This document shows positions 38,397-44,931 of a stretch of 64,000 nt of DNA, in pieces. The first letter of the stretch is position 1; every line of letters begins with the position of its first letter. Origin of the DNA: Escherichia phage vB_EcoS_HZ_ZJUN2; the sequence record PP216084; one strand, written 5' to 3'. The position numbers were made by a program, and so were the translations under genes. The notes under the pieces are model-generated. The model searched no databases. It worked only from the letters and a program-made list of their open reading frames with translations, and was not told the DNA's origin.

Positions 38397-39080
38397 ATGA
38401 GAACTGATATACTCGATAGAAAGGAAGAAATAACTCAGTGGATAGCTCAGGGAAAATCTAAAGCAGAGATAGCAAGAATGCTATCTTGTGCCTCGAATAC
38501 TCTAGAAGCATATTTAGGAAAACTAGGGATAATAATTACTCCTACTAATAGGCAGCAGGATAATAAATATAAGTCTGCAACAGAGTATTTATATAATGGC
38601 AGTCCTATCTCTTCCTATAGACTAAAGAATAAAATTCTTAACGAGGGACTAAAACCACATAAATGTGAGGGTTGCGGACTAGAAAGCTGGTTAAATAAAC
38701 CAATTCCCTTAGAACTCGAGCATAAAGATGGAGACCACTATAATAATGAGTGGGACAACTTAGCCCTCCTATGCCCAAATTGTCATGCACTAACACCTAC
38801 TCATGCAGGCAAAAATATTGGCAGGTATACAGAAAGGGTGGTAAATACATGTGCTATTTGTCATTGCGAAATTAGCCCAAAGGCAACGCACTGTAAATCA
38901 TGTACCCCGAAAGAACTAACTATAAATCCAGATATTACTGCGGAGCAAATAGAGTATTGGGTATCTAAGTATTCCTGGGTTCGTGCCTCCAAAGAATTAG
39001 GATTATCTGACACGGGGTTAAGAAAAAGATATACGTCCTTAACAGGAAAAGATCCTAAAAGTATTAAGAAAAGTAGGTAG
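38397..39080 (+). CDS. HNH endonuclease (227 aa)
   Basis: HNH motif CEGCGLESWLNKPIPLELEHKDGDHYNNEWDNLALLCPNCH; C-terminal tail paralogous to ORF 41268-41849. Confidence 0.7.
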   Translation: MRTDILDRKEEITQWIAQGKSKAEIARMLSCASNTLEAYLGKLGIIITPTNRQQDNKYKSATEYLYNGSPISSYRLKNKILNEGLKPHKCEGCGLESWLNKPIPLELEHKDGDHYNNEWDNLALLCPNCHALTPTHAGKNIGRYTERVVNTCAICHCEISPKATHCKSCTPKELTINPDITAEQIEYWVSKYSWVRASKELGLSDTGLRKRYTSLTGKDPKSIKKSR

Positions 39081-39109
39081 TATAATTAACACCAAATTAA
39101 GGAAATAAG

Positions 39110-39277
39110 ATGTATAGACATCCACCTCCGCCAACACGTCGTTCTAGAGAAGTTATTCTCATGGAATTGACTAAAAACTTCAAGGCAACTCTTGAAGATA
39201 GAGATCTAGGCACGGATGAAGATATTGATTTTATTTGTAGACTATTAAAGATGAAACTGGAGAAACAACATGGCTAA
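39110..39277 (+). CDS. small hypothetical protein (about 55 aa)
   Basis: ATG with RBS AAGGAAATAAG; below ORF-track cutoff. Confidence 0.35.
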   Translation: MYRHPPPPTRRSREVILMELTKNFKATLEDRDLGTDEDIDFICRLLKMKLEKQHG

Positions 39278-39476
39278 TCCTGAAATTACCGCACAACGTT
39301 TCATGCTTAAAGGCATGATTGCTGAGGCAGGTATAACTCAAGAGGTTGCAGATTTTCATAAGCAATTTCTTGACATTATAACTCTAGCTAAAGAGACTGG
39401 AGAAAAAGAACACGGTGCAGCAATTATGGCTATAACTCTTATTAGTCTAGACTTGGCAGAAGAATCTGGAGTTTAG
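39270..39476 (+). CDS. hypothetical protein (68 aa)
   Basis: ORF track. Confidence 0.45.
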   Translation: MANPEITAQRFMLKGMIAEAGITQEVADFHKQFLDIITLAKETGEKEHGAAIMAITLISLDLAEESGV

Positions 39477-39506
39477 CTCCTCCGAACAGAATTTTTAAAA
39501 ATGTAC

Positions 39507-39536
39507 TTGCCTTTTGCTTTAAATTTCTGGTATAAT
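39507..39536 (+). promoter_or_regulatory. sigma70-type early promoter
   Basis: -35 TTGCCT / 18 bp / -10 TATAAT. Confidence 0.5.
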
Positions 39537-39566
39537 AGTTATATAAATTGATGAAGGAGTTAACGA

Positions 39567-39842
39567 ATGCAAAATCGTGTTATAGCAACTGGTATTGAAA
39601 GTGCAATCTGTAAATCCTGGGAAGGCTGGGAAGGTGAGATTGAATGGCTTTATTTCTACGATGTAGAACTTCTGCCGGAAATTAAAGCTAAATGTGTTGA
39701 AGCTGGCATGGCTCCAGATGCAAAAGCTGATATTGATATTTCAATGTCTGAACTTAAAGGTCGTGTAATTACTGTTAGTGATGGGGGCGAAGAAGTTTTC
39801 GAACTTCCATTCTCCTTAACTGTCGCTCCTAAGTTCGACTAA
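39567..39842 (+). CDS. hypothetical protein (91 aa)
   Basis: ORF track; RBS GAAGGAG. Confidence 0.5.
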   Translation: MQNRVIATGIESAICKSWEGWEGEIEWLYFYDVELLPEIKAKCVEAGMAPDAKADIDISMSELKGRVITVSDGGEEVFELPFSLTVAPKFD

Positions 39843-39878
39843 CTAATACAGCACTGAGCAAGTTCTTTAAAATTTGAC

Positions 39879-39907
39879 TTGCTCAGTGCCTTAAAACTTG
39901 GTATAAT
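39879..39907 (+). promoter_or_regulatory. sigma70-type promoter embedded in an inverted repeat
   Basis: -35 TTGCTC / 17 bp / -10 TATAAT; the -35 lies in the 3' arm of hairpin GCACTGAGCAAG...CTTGCTCAGTGC (39851-39890). Confidence 0.5.
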
Positions 39908-40041
39908 AGTTATCTAATTTGGAAAGTTCTTTTTAAGGTAGTTCTTACTTTAGCAGAGTAAACTTTCGGCAGATGGCGGCAGCCACTTTACCGATATTCC
40001 ATAGTCAGTGCCGCAAACACTGGCTACCTTAAAGAGAATTT

Positions 40042-40126
40042 GGGCGTTTATTCCGTAAGTGGTAGCGGAGGGGAATGTAAATCCCTGGTCATTGCGACTC
40101 GAGTGGTTCGACTCCATTAACGCCCA
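40042..40126 (+). tRNA. tRNA-Tyr (anticodon GUA), class II, CCA encoded
   Basis: Acceptor GGGCGTT/AACGCCC, anticodon stem GGGGA/TCCCT with loop ATGTAAA, long variable arm, T-arm GTGG-TTCGACT-CCAT, A-CCA. Confidence 0.6.
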
Positions 40127-40137
40127 CCAAATTTAAT

Positions 40138-40209
40138 GCACCTATCGTCTAATGGTTAGGACATCAGGATTTCAATCTGAGAATCGGAGTTCAATTCTCC
40201 GTGGGTGTA
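40138..40209 (+). tRNA. tRNA-Glu (anticodon UUC), CCA encoded
   Basis: Anticodon stem TCAGG/TCTGA with loop ATTTCAA, T-arm CGGAG-TTCAATT-CTCCG, acceptor GCACCTA/TGGGTGT. Confidence 0.55.
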
Positions 40210-40220
40210 CCAATTTCTGC

Positions 40221-40294
40221 ATTCCTAGAGTGTTACTGGACAGCATGTCGGTCTCCAAAACCGTACGGTCTAGGTTCGAGTCCTAGTAGGTTTG
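40221..40294 (+). tRNA. tRNA-Trp (anticodon CCA), tentative
   Basis: D-stem TGTT/AGCA, anticodon loop CTCCAAA, T-arm CTAGG-TTCGAGT-CCTAG, G-CCA; acceptor stem has two mismatches. Confidence 0.45.
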
Positions 40295-40303
40295 CCAAAA
40301 TTT

Positions 40304-40375
40304 GCACCTTTAGCTGAGATGGATTAGCGCTTGCCTGAAGAGCTTGAAAGGTTGGATCGTTACCAACGGGGTGCA
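40304..40375 (+). tRNA. tRNA (anticodon uncertain, possibly CUG)
   Basis: Acceptor GCACCTT/GGGGTGC with A-CCA, T-stem GTTGG/CCAAC with unusual T-loop ATCGTTA. Confidence 0.4.
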
Positions 40376-40395
40376 CCAAATTGAAGGAGCTGCTG

Positions 40396-40668
40396 ATGCA
40401 TCCTGAAAACTTCTTTATTTACTGCGCGGATAAGTCGCTGAAACGTAGAATTAACAAAGTCTATCATTATCGTGCTAGTCAACAGCCTTATGTATACGCT
40501 TTTGACGGTGATCACATTCCACTAGAACAATTATCTTGTGATTACATGATATTGAAGAACTTTGACGAGACGAAGATCTCAAGCGTTTATAATCGACAGA
40601 ATCCATTAACGTGGAAATATAAGAAGAAAAAGAAAGGCATCAAATTCTTAAAAAATATAGTTGCTTAG
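40396..40668 (+). CDS. hypothetical protein (about 90 aa)
   Basis: Track ORF 40381-40668; likely start ATG 40396 after RBS GAAGGAG. Confidence 0.45.
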   Translation: MHPENFFIYCADKSLKRRINKVYHYRASQQPYVYAFDGDHIPLEQLSCDYMILKNFDETKISSVYNRQNPLTWKYKKKKKGIKFLKNIVA

Positions 40669-40689
40669 TTTCCAAAAGTTCTGTATAAT
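40661..40689 (+). promoter_or_regulatory. sigma70-type promoter driving tRNAs
   Basis: -35 TTGCTT / 17 bp / -10 TATAAT; -35 overlaps the stop region of ORF 40396-40668. Confidence 0.5.
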
Positions 40690-40737
40690 AATTACATAAA
40701 TTGAACTGGAGAAGCAACATGATAGAACAAGATAAAT

Positions 40738-40810
40738 CGACCGTTGGCTGAATGGCTTAGGCGAAGGATTGCAAATCCTTTTTATGTGAGTTCAAATCTC
40801 ATGCGGTCGT
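40738..40810 (+). tRNA. tRNA-Cys (anticodon GCA), CCA encoded
   Basis: Acceptor CGACCGT/GCGGTCG, anticodon stem AAGGA/TCCTT with loop TTGCAAA, T-arm GTGAG-TTCAAAT-CTCAT, T-CCA. Confidence 0.65.
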
Positions 40811-40815
40811 CCAAT

Positions 40816-40956
40816 TTGCTGAAAGAATTGTTAAATCAATTCAGGCACGCGTAGGAACACTGTCTCCGTAATTGAAAGATGAGGCACGGTTTGGAGAGGT
40901 ATGCCGCTACACGCTACGGTGCTAACTCCGTCTAGGTGAAAATCCTAGTCAGCAAT
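40816..40956 (+). ncRNA. ~141-nt tRNA-like structured RNA candidate
   Basis: Perfect 7-bp terminal pairing TTGCTGA/TCAGCAA, T-arm-like hairpin CTAGG-TGAAAAT-CCTAG at the 3' side, internal hairpin GAATTG-TTAAAT-CAATTC; too long for a tRNA. Confidence 0.3.
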
Positions 40957-40965
40957 GTAAATTTA

Positions 40966-41048
40966 GGGTCGTTGGCTGAACGGTTTAAGCGCCGGACTGT
41001 TAATCCGTATCCGCAAGGATAAAGTAGGTTCAACTCCTACACGGCCCG
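40966..41048 (+). tRNA. class II (long variable arm) tRNA with anticodon GUU (Asn-type anticodon on a Ser/Tyr-type body)
   Basis: Acceptor GGGTCGT/ACGGCCC, Ser-like D-arm TG-GCT-GAACGGTTTAA-AGC, anticodon stem CCGGA/TCCGT with loop CTGTTAA, variable arm ATCC-GCAA-GGAT, T-arm GTAGG-TTCAACT-CCTAC, discriminator G, CCA. Confidence 0.5.
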
Positions 41049-41078
41049 CCAAATTCACTAACAACTGAGGAAATAGAT

Positions 41079-41264
41079 ATGACAACTCGTGCAATTGCTC
41101 GACTAGAAGCTGATCGTGATAATATGATTAATAATATTAAGGTTCGTGGTAATATTATTAAGGCTCTGAAAGCTGAACTTCTTGAGGAACTTCAAGGTCA
41201 AGTAGAGCGTCGTGAAGCTCTAAAAGAGGTTGAGGAAGCTATCGAAAAACTCAAGGCTGAATAA
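41079..41264 (+). CDS. small coiled-coil hypothetical protein (61 aa)
   Basis: ORF track; RBS GAGGAAATAG. Confidence 0.45.
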   Translation: MTTRAIARLEADRDNMINNIKVRGNIIKALKAELLEELQGQVERREALKEVEEAIEKLKAE

Positions 41265-41267
41265 ATT

Positions 41268-41849
41268 ATGCACGGAATATCCTTACCCATTCCAGGGTTT
41301 GAGGAGTACTTAGTAAGTTTGGATGGGTTAGTATTTAGTATCAAATCAAACAAAATACTAACCCCAATAACCAGTAATTACGGATACTTATCTATACGTC
41401 TCCATAAAAATGGTCAACAGAGAAATACCGGTGTACATAGGATTTTAGCATGTGCATTTAAGAAATTACCAAGTCTAGACTCTGAACTAGAAGTTGACCA
41501 TATTAACACAGACATTACTTATTGGGGTCTTAATAACTTACAAGTGCTCACAAAAGAGCAGCATCTAGAAAAGACTTTAAAAGATAAAGGATTTAGTAAA
41601 CTAAACCATGATAATTGTTGTAAGGATTGTGGTAAAGCTATTTCTTTAAAAGCTGAAAAATGTCAGGAGTGCTCTTCACATAAACCAAAAGATATCTCTA
41701 TAACTAAAGAAATAATCGAGGTTACAGTAAGAGAGCTAGGCTGGTCAGGTGCAGGGAGAAAGTTAAGTTATTCAGATAATGGGTTGCGTAAAAGATACAC
41801 TTCTTTAGGAGGCAATCCTAAAGAACTTAAAAAGTTAAAGGTACTATAG
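41268..41849 (+). CDS. HNH endonuclease (193 aa)
   Basis: HNH motif LEVDHINTDITYWGLNNLQVLTKEQH with Cys cluster CCKDCGK...CQEC; stop codon lies inside the 5' acceptor stem of the following tRNA-Asp. Confidence 0.7.
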   Translation: MHGISLPIPGFEEYLVSLDGLVFSIKSNKILTPITSNYGYLSIRLHKNGQQRNTGVHRILACAFKKLPSLDSELEVDHINTDITYWGLNNLQVLTKEQHLEKTLKDKGFSKLNHDNCCKDCGKAISLKAEKCQECSSHKPKDISITKEIIEVTVRELGWSGAGRKLSYSDNGLRKRYTSLGGNPKELKKLKVL

Positions 41850-41911
41850 TCTAACGGTTAGGATACTCCCCTGTCACGGGAGAGGTAGGGTTTCGATTAC
41901 CCTTAGTACCG
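41840..41911 (+). tRNA. tRNA-Asp (anticodon GUC), CCA encoded
   Basis: Acceptor GGTACTA/TAGTACC, anticodon stem CTCCC/GGGAG with loop CTGTCAC, T-arm GTAGG-GTTTCGATTA-CCCTT region, G-CCA. Confidence 0.65.
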
Positions 41912-41931
41912 CCAAATAAGGTAGGTTAGCT

Positions 41932-42090
41932 ATGGAACGTAGGGAGTTTACTCCAGAAGAGATAGAGCAGATAAAAGAATCTGCTATGAAAAATGCTAGA
42001 ATATCTCTGTCACTGGAAGGTATCATTATTAGTGATGTAAACTTTGAAAAAATCAAAGCCATAGCTGATGAACTGGAAAAAGTAATTTAA
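41932..42090 (+). CDS. small hypothetical protein (about 52 aa)
   Basis: ATG with RBS AAGGTAGG; below ORF-track cutoff; sits between two tRNAs. Confidence 0.35.
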   Translation: MERREFTPEEIEQIKESAMKNARISLSLEGIIISDVNFEKIKAIADELEKVI

Positions 42091-42091
42091 T

Positions 42092-42164
42092 ACATCCATA
42101 GCTCAATGGTTAGAGCTACCGCCTCTTAAGCGGAGGGTTCTAGGTTCAAGTCCTAGTGGGTGTA
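42092..42164 (+). tRNA. tRNA-Lys (anticodon CUU), tentative
   Basis: D-arm GCTC-AATGGTTAG-AGC, anticodon stem CCGC/GCGG with loop CTCTTAA, T-arm CTAGG-TTCAAGT-CCTAG, A-CCA. Confidence 0.5.
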
Positions 42165-42193
42165 CCAAATTAAACTAGCACGAGAAATATGCT

Positions 42194-42541
42194 ATGATTA
42201 ATGCTAAAGAAGAATTGTTACTTGCCCTAAAGAATACTAATTCTGAAGTTAAGTGTATTAAGATAGAATTCGGTTATTATGGGGATAAAGAAGTTTGGGT
42301 ATTACCCGTAGGTTATACAGAAAAAGATATTGAAGATTTTCTAAATAATCTAGACTTTAAATATGATTCTGGTTATGGTGGGCAATTGCTTTATGGTAAC
42401 GTGTGGTTTACTGATGGAACTTGGTTAGAACGCGGTGAATACGACGGTTCTGAATGGTGGGAATATAAGGCTACGCCAGCAATCCCAGAAGAATGCCGAA
42501 CAATTAATGGTGAAGTAGATCATACATTACTACTAAATTAA
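42194..42541 (+). CDS. hypothetical protein (115 aa)
   Basis: ORF track. Confidence 0.5.
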   Translation: MINAKEELLLALKNTNSEVKCIKIEFGYYGDKEVWVLPVGYTEKDIEDFLNNLDFKYDSGYGGQLLYGNVWFTDGTWLERGEYDGSEWWEYKATPAIPEECRTINGEVDHTLLLN

Positions 42542-42551
42542 TAAAAATTAA

Positions 42552-42625
42552 CAGTGCGTAGCTCAGCTTGGTAGAGCGTCTGCTTTGGGAGCAGAATGTC
42601 GCAGGTTCGAGTCCTGCCGCACTGA
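42552..42625 (+). tRNA. tRNA-Pro (anticodon UGG), CCA encoded
   Basis: Acceptor CAGTGCG/CGCACTG, D-arm GCTC-AGCTTGGTAG-AGC, anticodon stem TCTGC/GCAGA with loop TTTGGGA, T-arm GCAGG-TTCGAGT-CCTGC, A-CCA. Confidence 0.7.
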
Positions 42626-42634
42626 CCAAACAAT

Positions 42635-42707
42635 TGCGGGTGGGAGGCATAGAGTTCTTCTTAGTCTCATAAGCTAAGTAAGTCCAGGGCAGTACTGGAA
42701 CCCGCTA
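42635..42707 (+). tRNA. tRNA with anticodon CAU and non-canonical T-loop
   Basis: Correct cloverleaf spacing; anticodon stem TTAGT/GCTAA with loop CTCATAA; T-stem TCCAG/CTGGA but T-loop GGCAGTA instead of TTCRANY; A-CCA. Confidence 0.45.
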
Positions 42708-42727
42708 CCAATTTCAAGAAAAACTCA

Positions 42728-42756
42728 TTTGCTTAATGCTTAATTTCTTGTTATAA
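42728..42756 (+). promoter_or_regulatory. sigma70-type promoter driving an untranslated RNA
   Basis: -35 TTGCTT / 17 bp / -10 TATAAT; downstream ~320 nt lack any ORF of 60 aa or more before tRNA-Ala. Confidence 0.5.
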
Positions 42757-42764
42757 TATTTATA

Positions 42765-43089
42765 TAAATTGATGCGAAAATAGCTGCCTAGATACCAGGT
42801 GTATGACGTCTACACTAGCAGAGCTACCGAAAAAGAGATCCTCAGGATAAACGTCGTAGCAAAATTAGTCTGGTATCCATCAATTTAGTTCACTAAGGTA
42901 TTAGCTCGACCTAGGACTGGCTGCCAAAAAGCACGATCCCTACGACTTGGGAGAAGTTCTAGATTAGTCCACTAGATTCAGCGGCAACTGAATAGTGTAT
43001 TGGGTTTGCGAGATGACGCGGTTCCTTCCGCTCGAAGCGAAGGTGCTGTAGTTACGCCGAGCTAATAGCCTTAGTAAACTAAAGAATTT
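42765..43089 (+). ncRNA. candidate structured non-coding RNA (~320 nt) co-transcribed with tRNAs
   Basis: Promoter-proximal, no plausible ORF, several complementary segments (e.g. GATACCAGG / CTGGTATC; AGCTGCCTAG / CTAGGACTGGCTGCC). Confidence 0.3.
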
Positions 43090-43160
43090 GGGGATATAGT
43101 TTAATGGTAGAACATCTGCTTTGCACGCAGAAGACGAGGGTTCAACTCCCTCTTTCTCCA
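43090..43160 (+). tRNA. tRNA-Ala (anticodon UGC), CCA encoded
   Basis: Anticodon stem TCTGC/GCAGA with loop TTTGCAC, T-arm GAGGG-TTCAACT-CCCTC, A-CCA. Confidence 0.6.
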
Positions 43161-43168
43161 CCAAATTC

Positions 43169-43250
43169 GGGGCTATGCTGGAACTGGTAGACAATACGGC
43201 CTTAGATTCCGTAGCTTAAATGCGTGGGAGTTCGAGTCTCCCTAGCCCCA
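43169..43250 (+). tRNA. tRNA-Leu (anticodon UAG), class II, CCA encoded
   Basis: Acceptor GGGGCTA/TAGCCCC, anticodon stem ACGG/CCGT with loop CTTAGAT, long variable arm, T-arm GGGAG-TTCGAGT-CTCCC, A-CCA. Confidence 0.55.
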
Positions 43251-43377
43251 CCAAATTTGATGGTCAGAGTAAATTAAACCTACTATCTCGGTTGAGCTGT
43301 TTTAATGGGTTCGAATCCCAGCGAGGCGTAACTGCCTGGTGTGATAGAGGCATCATTCCACTAATATTGGAAAACTA

Positions 43378-43608
43378 ATGAAACGAGAATTAAAAAAATC
43401 TTATATAATTAAGATAAATAAGCTAAGAAGTAGGGCAAAAGGATGGCCACTTCGGATATTAATTGCGGATAACCATATTAGATACCATGCGGAACAACGT
43501 CATTATAAACAGTGGGAGTCATACTGCCGCTCAAAAGCAGGTCGTTTAGATGGATCTTATGAGTTTCTATTTGGTAAGAAGCCTACTAGAGTAGCTTTAG
43601 GTAATTAA
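43378..43608 (+). CDS. hypothetical protein (76 aa)
   Basis: ORF track. Confidence 0.45.
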   Translation: MKRELKKSYIIKINKLRSRAKGWPLRILIADNHIRYHAEQRHYKQWESYCRSKAGRLDGSYEFLFGKKPTRVALGN

Positions 43609-43613
43609 TACTT

Positions 43614-43701
43614 GGAAGAGCAAATCGAATTGGCGACGAAAACCGCTTGGAAAGTGGCTGACTGGTAAAACGGCTTGAGAGTTCAAATCTCTCCTCTTCC
43701 G
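43614..43701 (+). tRNA. tRNA-Ser (anticodon GGA, tentative), class II, CCA encoded
   Basis: Acceptor GGAAGAG/CTCTTCC, anticodon loop TTGGAAA, long variable arm, T-arm GAGAG-TTCAAAT-CTCTC, G-CCA. Confidence 0.55.
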
Positions 43702-43711
43702 CCAAACAAAT

Positions 43712-43798
43712 AGAAGGTAGGGCGTAGTGGTACGCAACTAGTCTTGAAAACTAGCCCGCTGTAGTGATACGGTGATGGTTCGACTCCATTACCTTCTG
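43712..43798 (+). tRNA. tRNA-Ser (anticodon UGA), class II, CCA encoded
   Basis: Acceptor AGAAGGT/ACCTTCT, anticodon stem CTAGT/ACTAG with loop CTTGAAA, long variable arm, T-arm with TTCGACT loop, G-CCA. Confidence 0.6.
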
Positions 43799-43817
43799 CC
43801 AACTTATAAGGTAATAT

Positions 43818-44000
43818 ATGTCTTTAACGAAAACTGTGAAGGTTACACTAACTGATGGCACAGAGTTTAGTGCACAAGTAACCTTACTAGAAGACGGTTA
43901 TTGGGAAGTATATCTTCCACACGTTAATTCTACTGGTAGAGGATGGACTCAACAACAGGCTATTGTTGATGCTTTAAATGAGGCTTCTGCTGGTTTATAA
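43818..44000 (+). CDS. hypothetical protein (60 aa)
   Basis: ORF track. Confidence 0.45.
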   Translation: MSLTKTVKVTLTDGTEFSAQVTLLEDGYWEVYLPHVNSTGRGWTQQQAIVDALNEASAGL

Positions 44001-44008
44001 AAATTCTT

Positions 44009-44106
44009 GGAATATGCCGGAATTGGTAGACGGGACTGCCGAATAGGTTTACTAGGAACATCCACTCCTAGAAATATACCTTAAAAGCGGTTGAGTTAAA
44101 TGGTCT
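44009..44106 (+). ncRNA. irregular tRNA-like element (Leu-like D-arm plus T-arm, about 45 nt too long)
   Basis: D-arm CCGG-AATTGGTAGA-CGGG resembling bacterial tRNA-Leu, T-arm GAAGG-TTCAAGT-CCTTC, acceptor-like pairing GGAATA/TATTCC, but extra hairpins lie between D- and T-arms. Confidence 0.3.
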
Positions 44107-44367
44107 AACTCATGAAGGTTCAAGTCCTTCTATTCCTTGATACATCAATGGCTCAAAGTGTAACGGTGCTATTTGATGCTCTTGGCAAGACTTCCCCGAC
44201 ATGCGTTCGGGAGTAAGCTGCTAAGACTAGAATAGAAGAGTTTCTGAGAGCCGCCACAATTGAAAATTCGTACTCGTCTTGAGCTGCGTGCAATAGGAGA
44301 TAACTTGATTAGTATTCTAGAACATGCTAATTGAGGAAGGTTTCGCTAACCCTGCGAGTTTTCAATT

Positions 44368-44441
44368 GTGGCTATATCATAATTGGTTAATGATCCTGAT
44401 TGTGAATCAGGCCTATGTGGATTCGAATTCCACTAGCCACC
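44368..44441 (+). tRNA. tRNA-His (anticodon GUG), CCA encoded
   Basis: Acceptor GTGGCTA/TAGCCAC, anticodon stem CCTGA/TCAGG with loop TTGTGAA, T-arm GTGGA-TTCGAAT-TCCAC, C-CCA. Confidence 0.65.
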
Positions 44442-44469
44442 CCAAATTAACTTAAATAGGAAATAAAAT

Positions 44470-44664
44470 ATGGCTGATTTCTGCAAACAATGCTCCATTG
44501 ATATGTGGGGTAAAGATACTGGTGACTTAGCTGGTCTGATTACAGAAGCCGAAGTCAAAGAAGGTTATGGTGCAGTTGTGGTTTGCGAAGGATGCGGAGT
44601 CATTCGAGTAGATCATGAAGGCAAACGTTTGGAAGAATCTGAGCCAACAACAATTTTTCCGTAG
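44470..44664 (+). CDS. small Cys-rich hypothetical protein (64 aa)
   Basis: ORF track; RBS AGGAAATAAAAT; CxxC...CxxC pattern. Confidence 0.5.
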   Translation: MADFCKQCSIDMWGKDTGDLAGLITEAEVKEGYGAVVVCEGCGVIRVDHEGKRLEESEPTTIFP

Positions 44665-44677
44665 AGTAAAGAATTAT

Positions 44678-44750
44678 TGGGATGTAGATCAATTGGCAGA
44701 TCGTCGGCCTCTGACTCCGAAGGTTCCACGTTCGATCCGTGGCATCCCAG
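44678..44750 (+). tRNA. tRNA-Gln (anticodon CUG), CCA encoded
   Basis: Acceptor TGGGATG/CATCCCA, anticodon loop CTCTGAC, T-arm CCACG-TTCGATC-CGTGG, G-CCA. Confidence 0.6.
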
Positions 44751-44759
44751 CCAAATTAT

Positions 44760-44832
44760 TGGAGAGTAGTGTAACGGTTAGCACAACGGCCTTTGACTCC
44801 GTTAATGGTAGGTTCGATTCCTCCTTCTCCAG
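44760..44832 (+). tRNA. tRNA-Gln (anticodon UUG), CCA encoded
   Basis: Acceptor TGGAGAG/TTCTCCA, anticodon loop CTTTGAC, TTCGATT T-loop, G-CCA. Confidence 0.55.
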
Positions 44833-44842
44833 CCAAATTAAT

Positions 44843-44914
44843 GCGTGATTAGTTCAGTGGCTAGAATAACTGGCTTCCAACCAGTAGACACGAGTTCGAC
44901 TCTCGTATCCCGCA
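44843..44914 (+). tRNA. tRNA-Gly (anticodon UCC), CCA encoded
   Basis: Anticodon stem ACTGG/CCAGT with loop CTTCCAA, T-arm ACGAG-TTCGACT-CTCGT, A-CCA. Confidence 0.6.
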
Positions 44915-44931
44915 CCAAATAAGGAATCTCT

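Noticed and set aside
42964-43194. Minus-strand 76-aa ORF
   Set aside because: Overlaps the tRNA-Ala gene and the candidate ncRNA on the opposite strand.
44615-44848. Plus-strand 77-aa ORF
   Set aside because: Spans two well-formed tRNA-Gln genes; translation is an artefact of reading through tRNA sequence.
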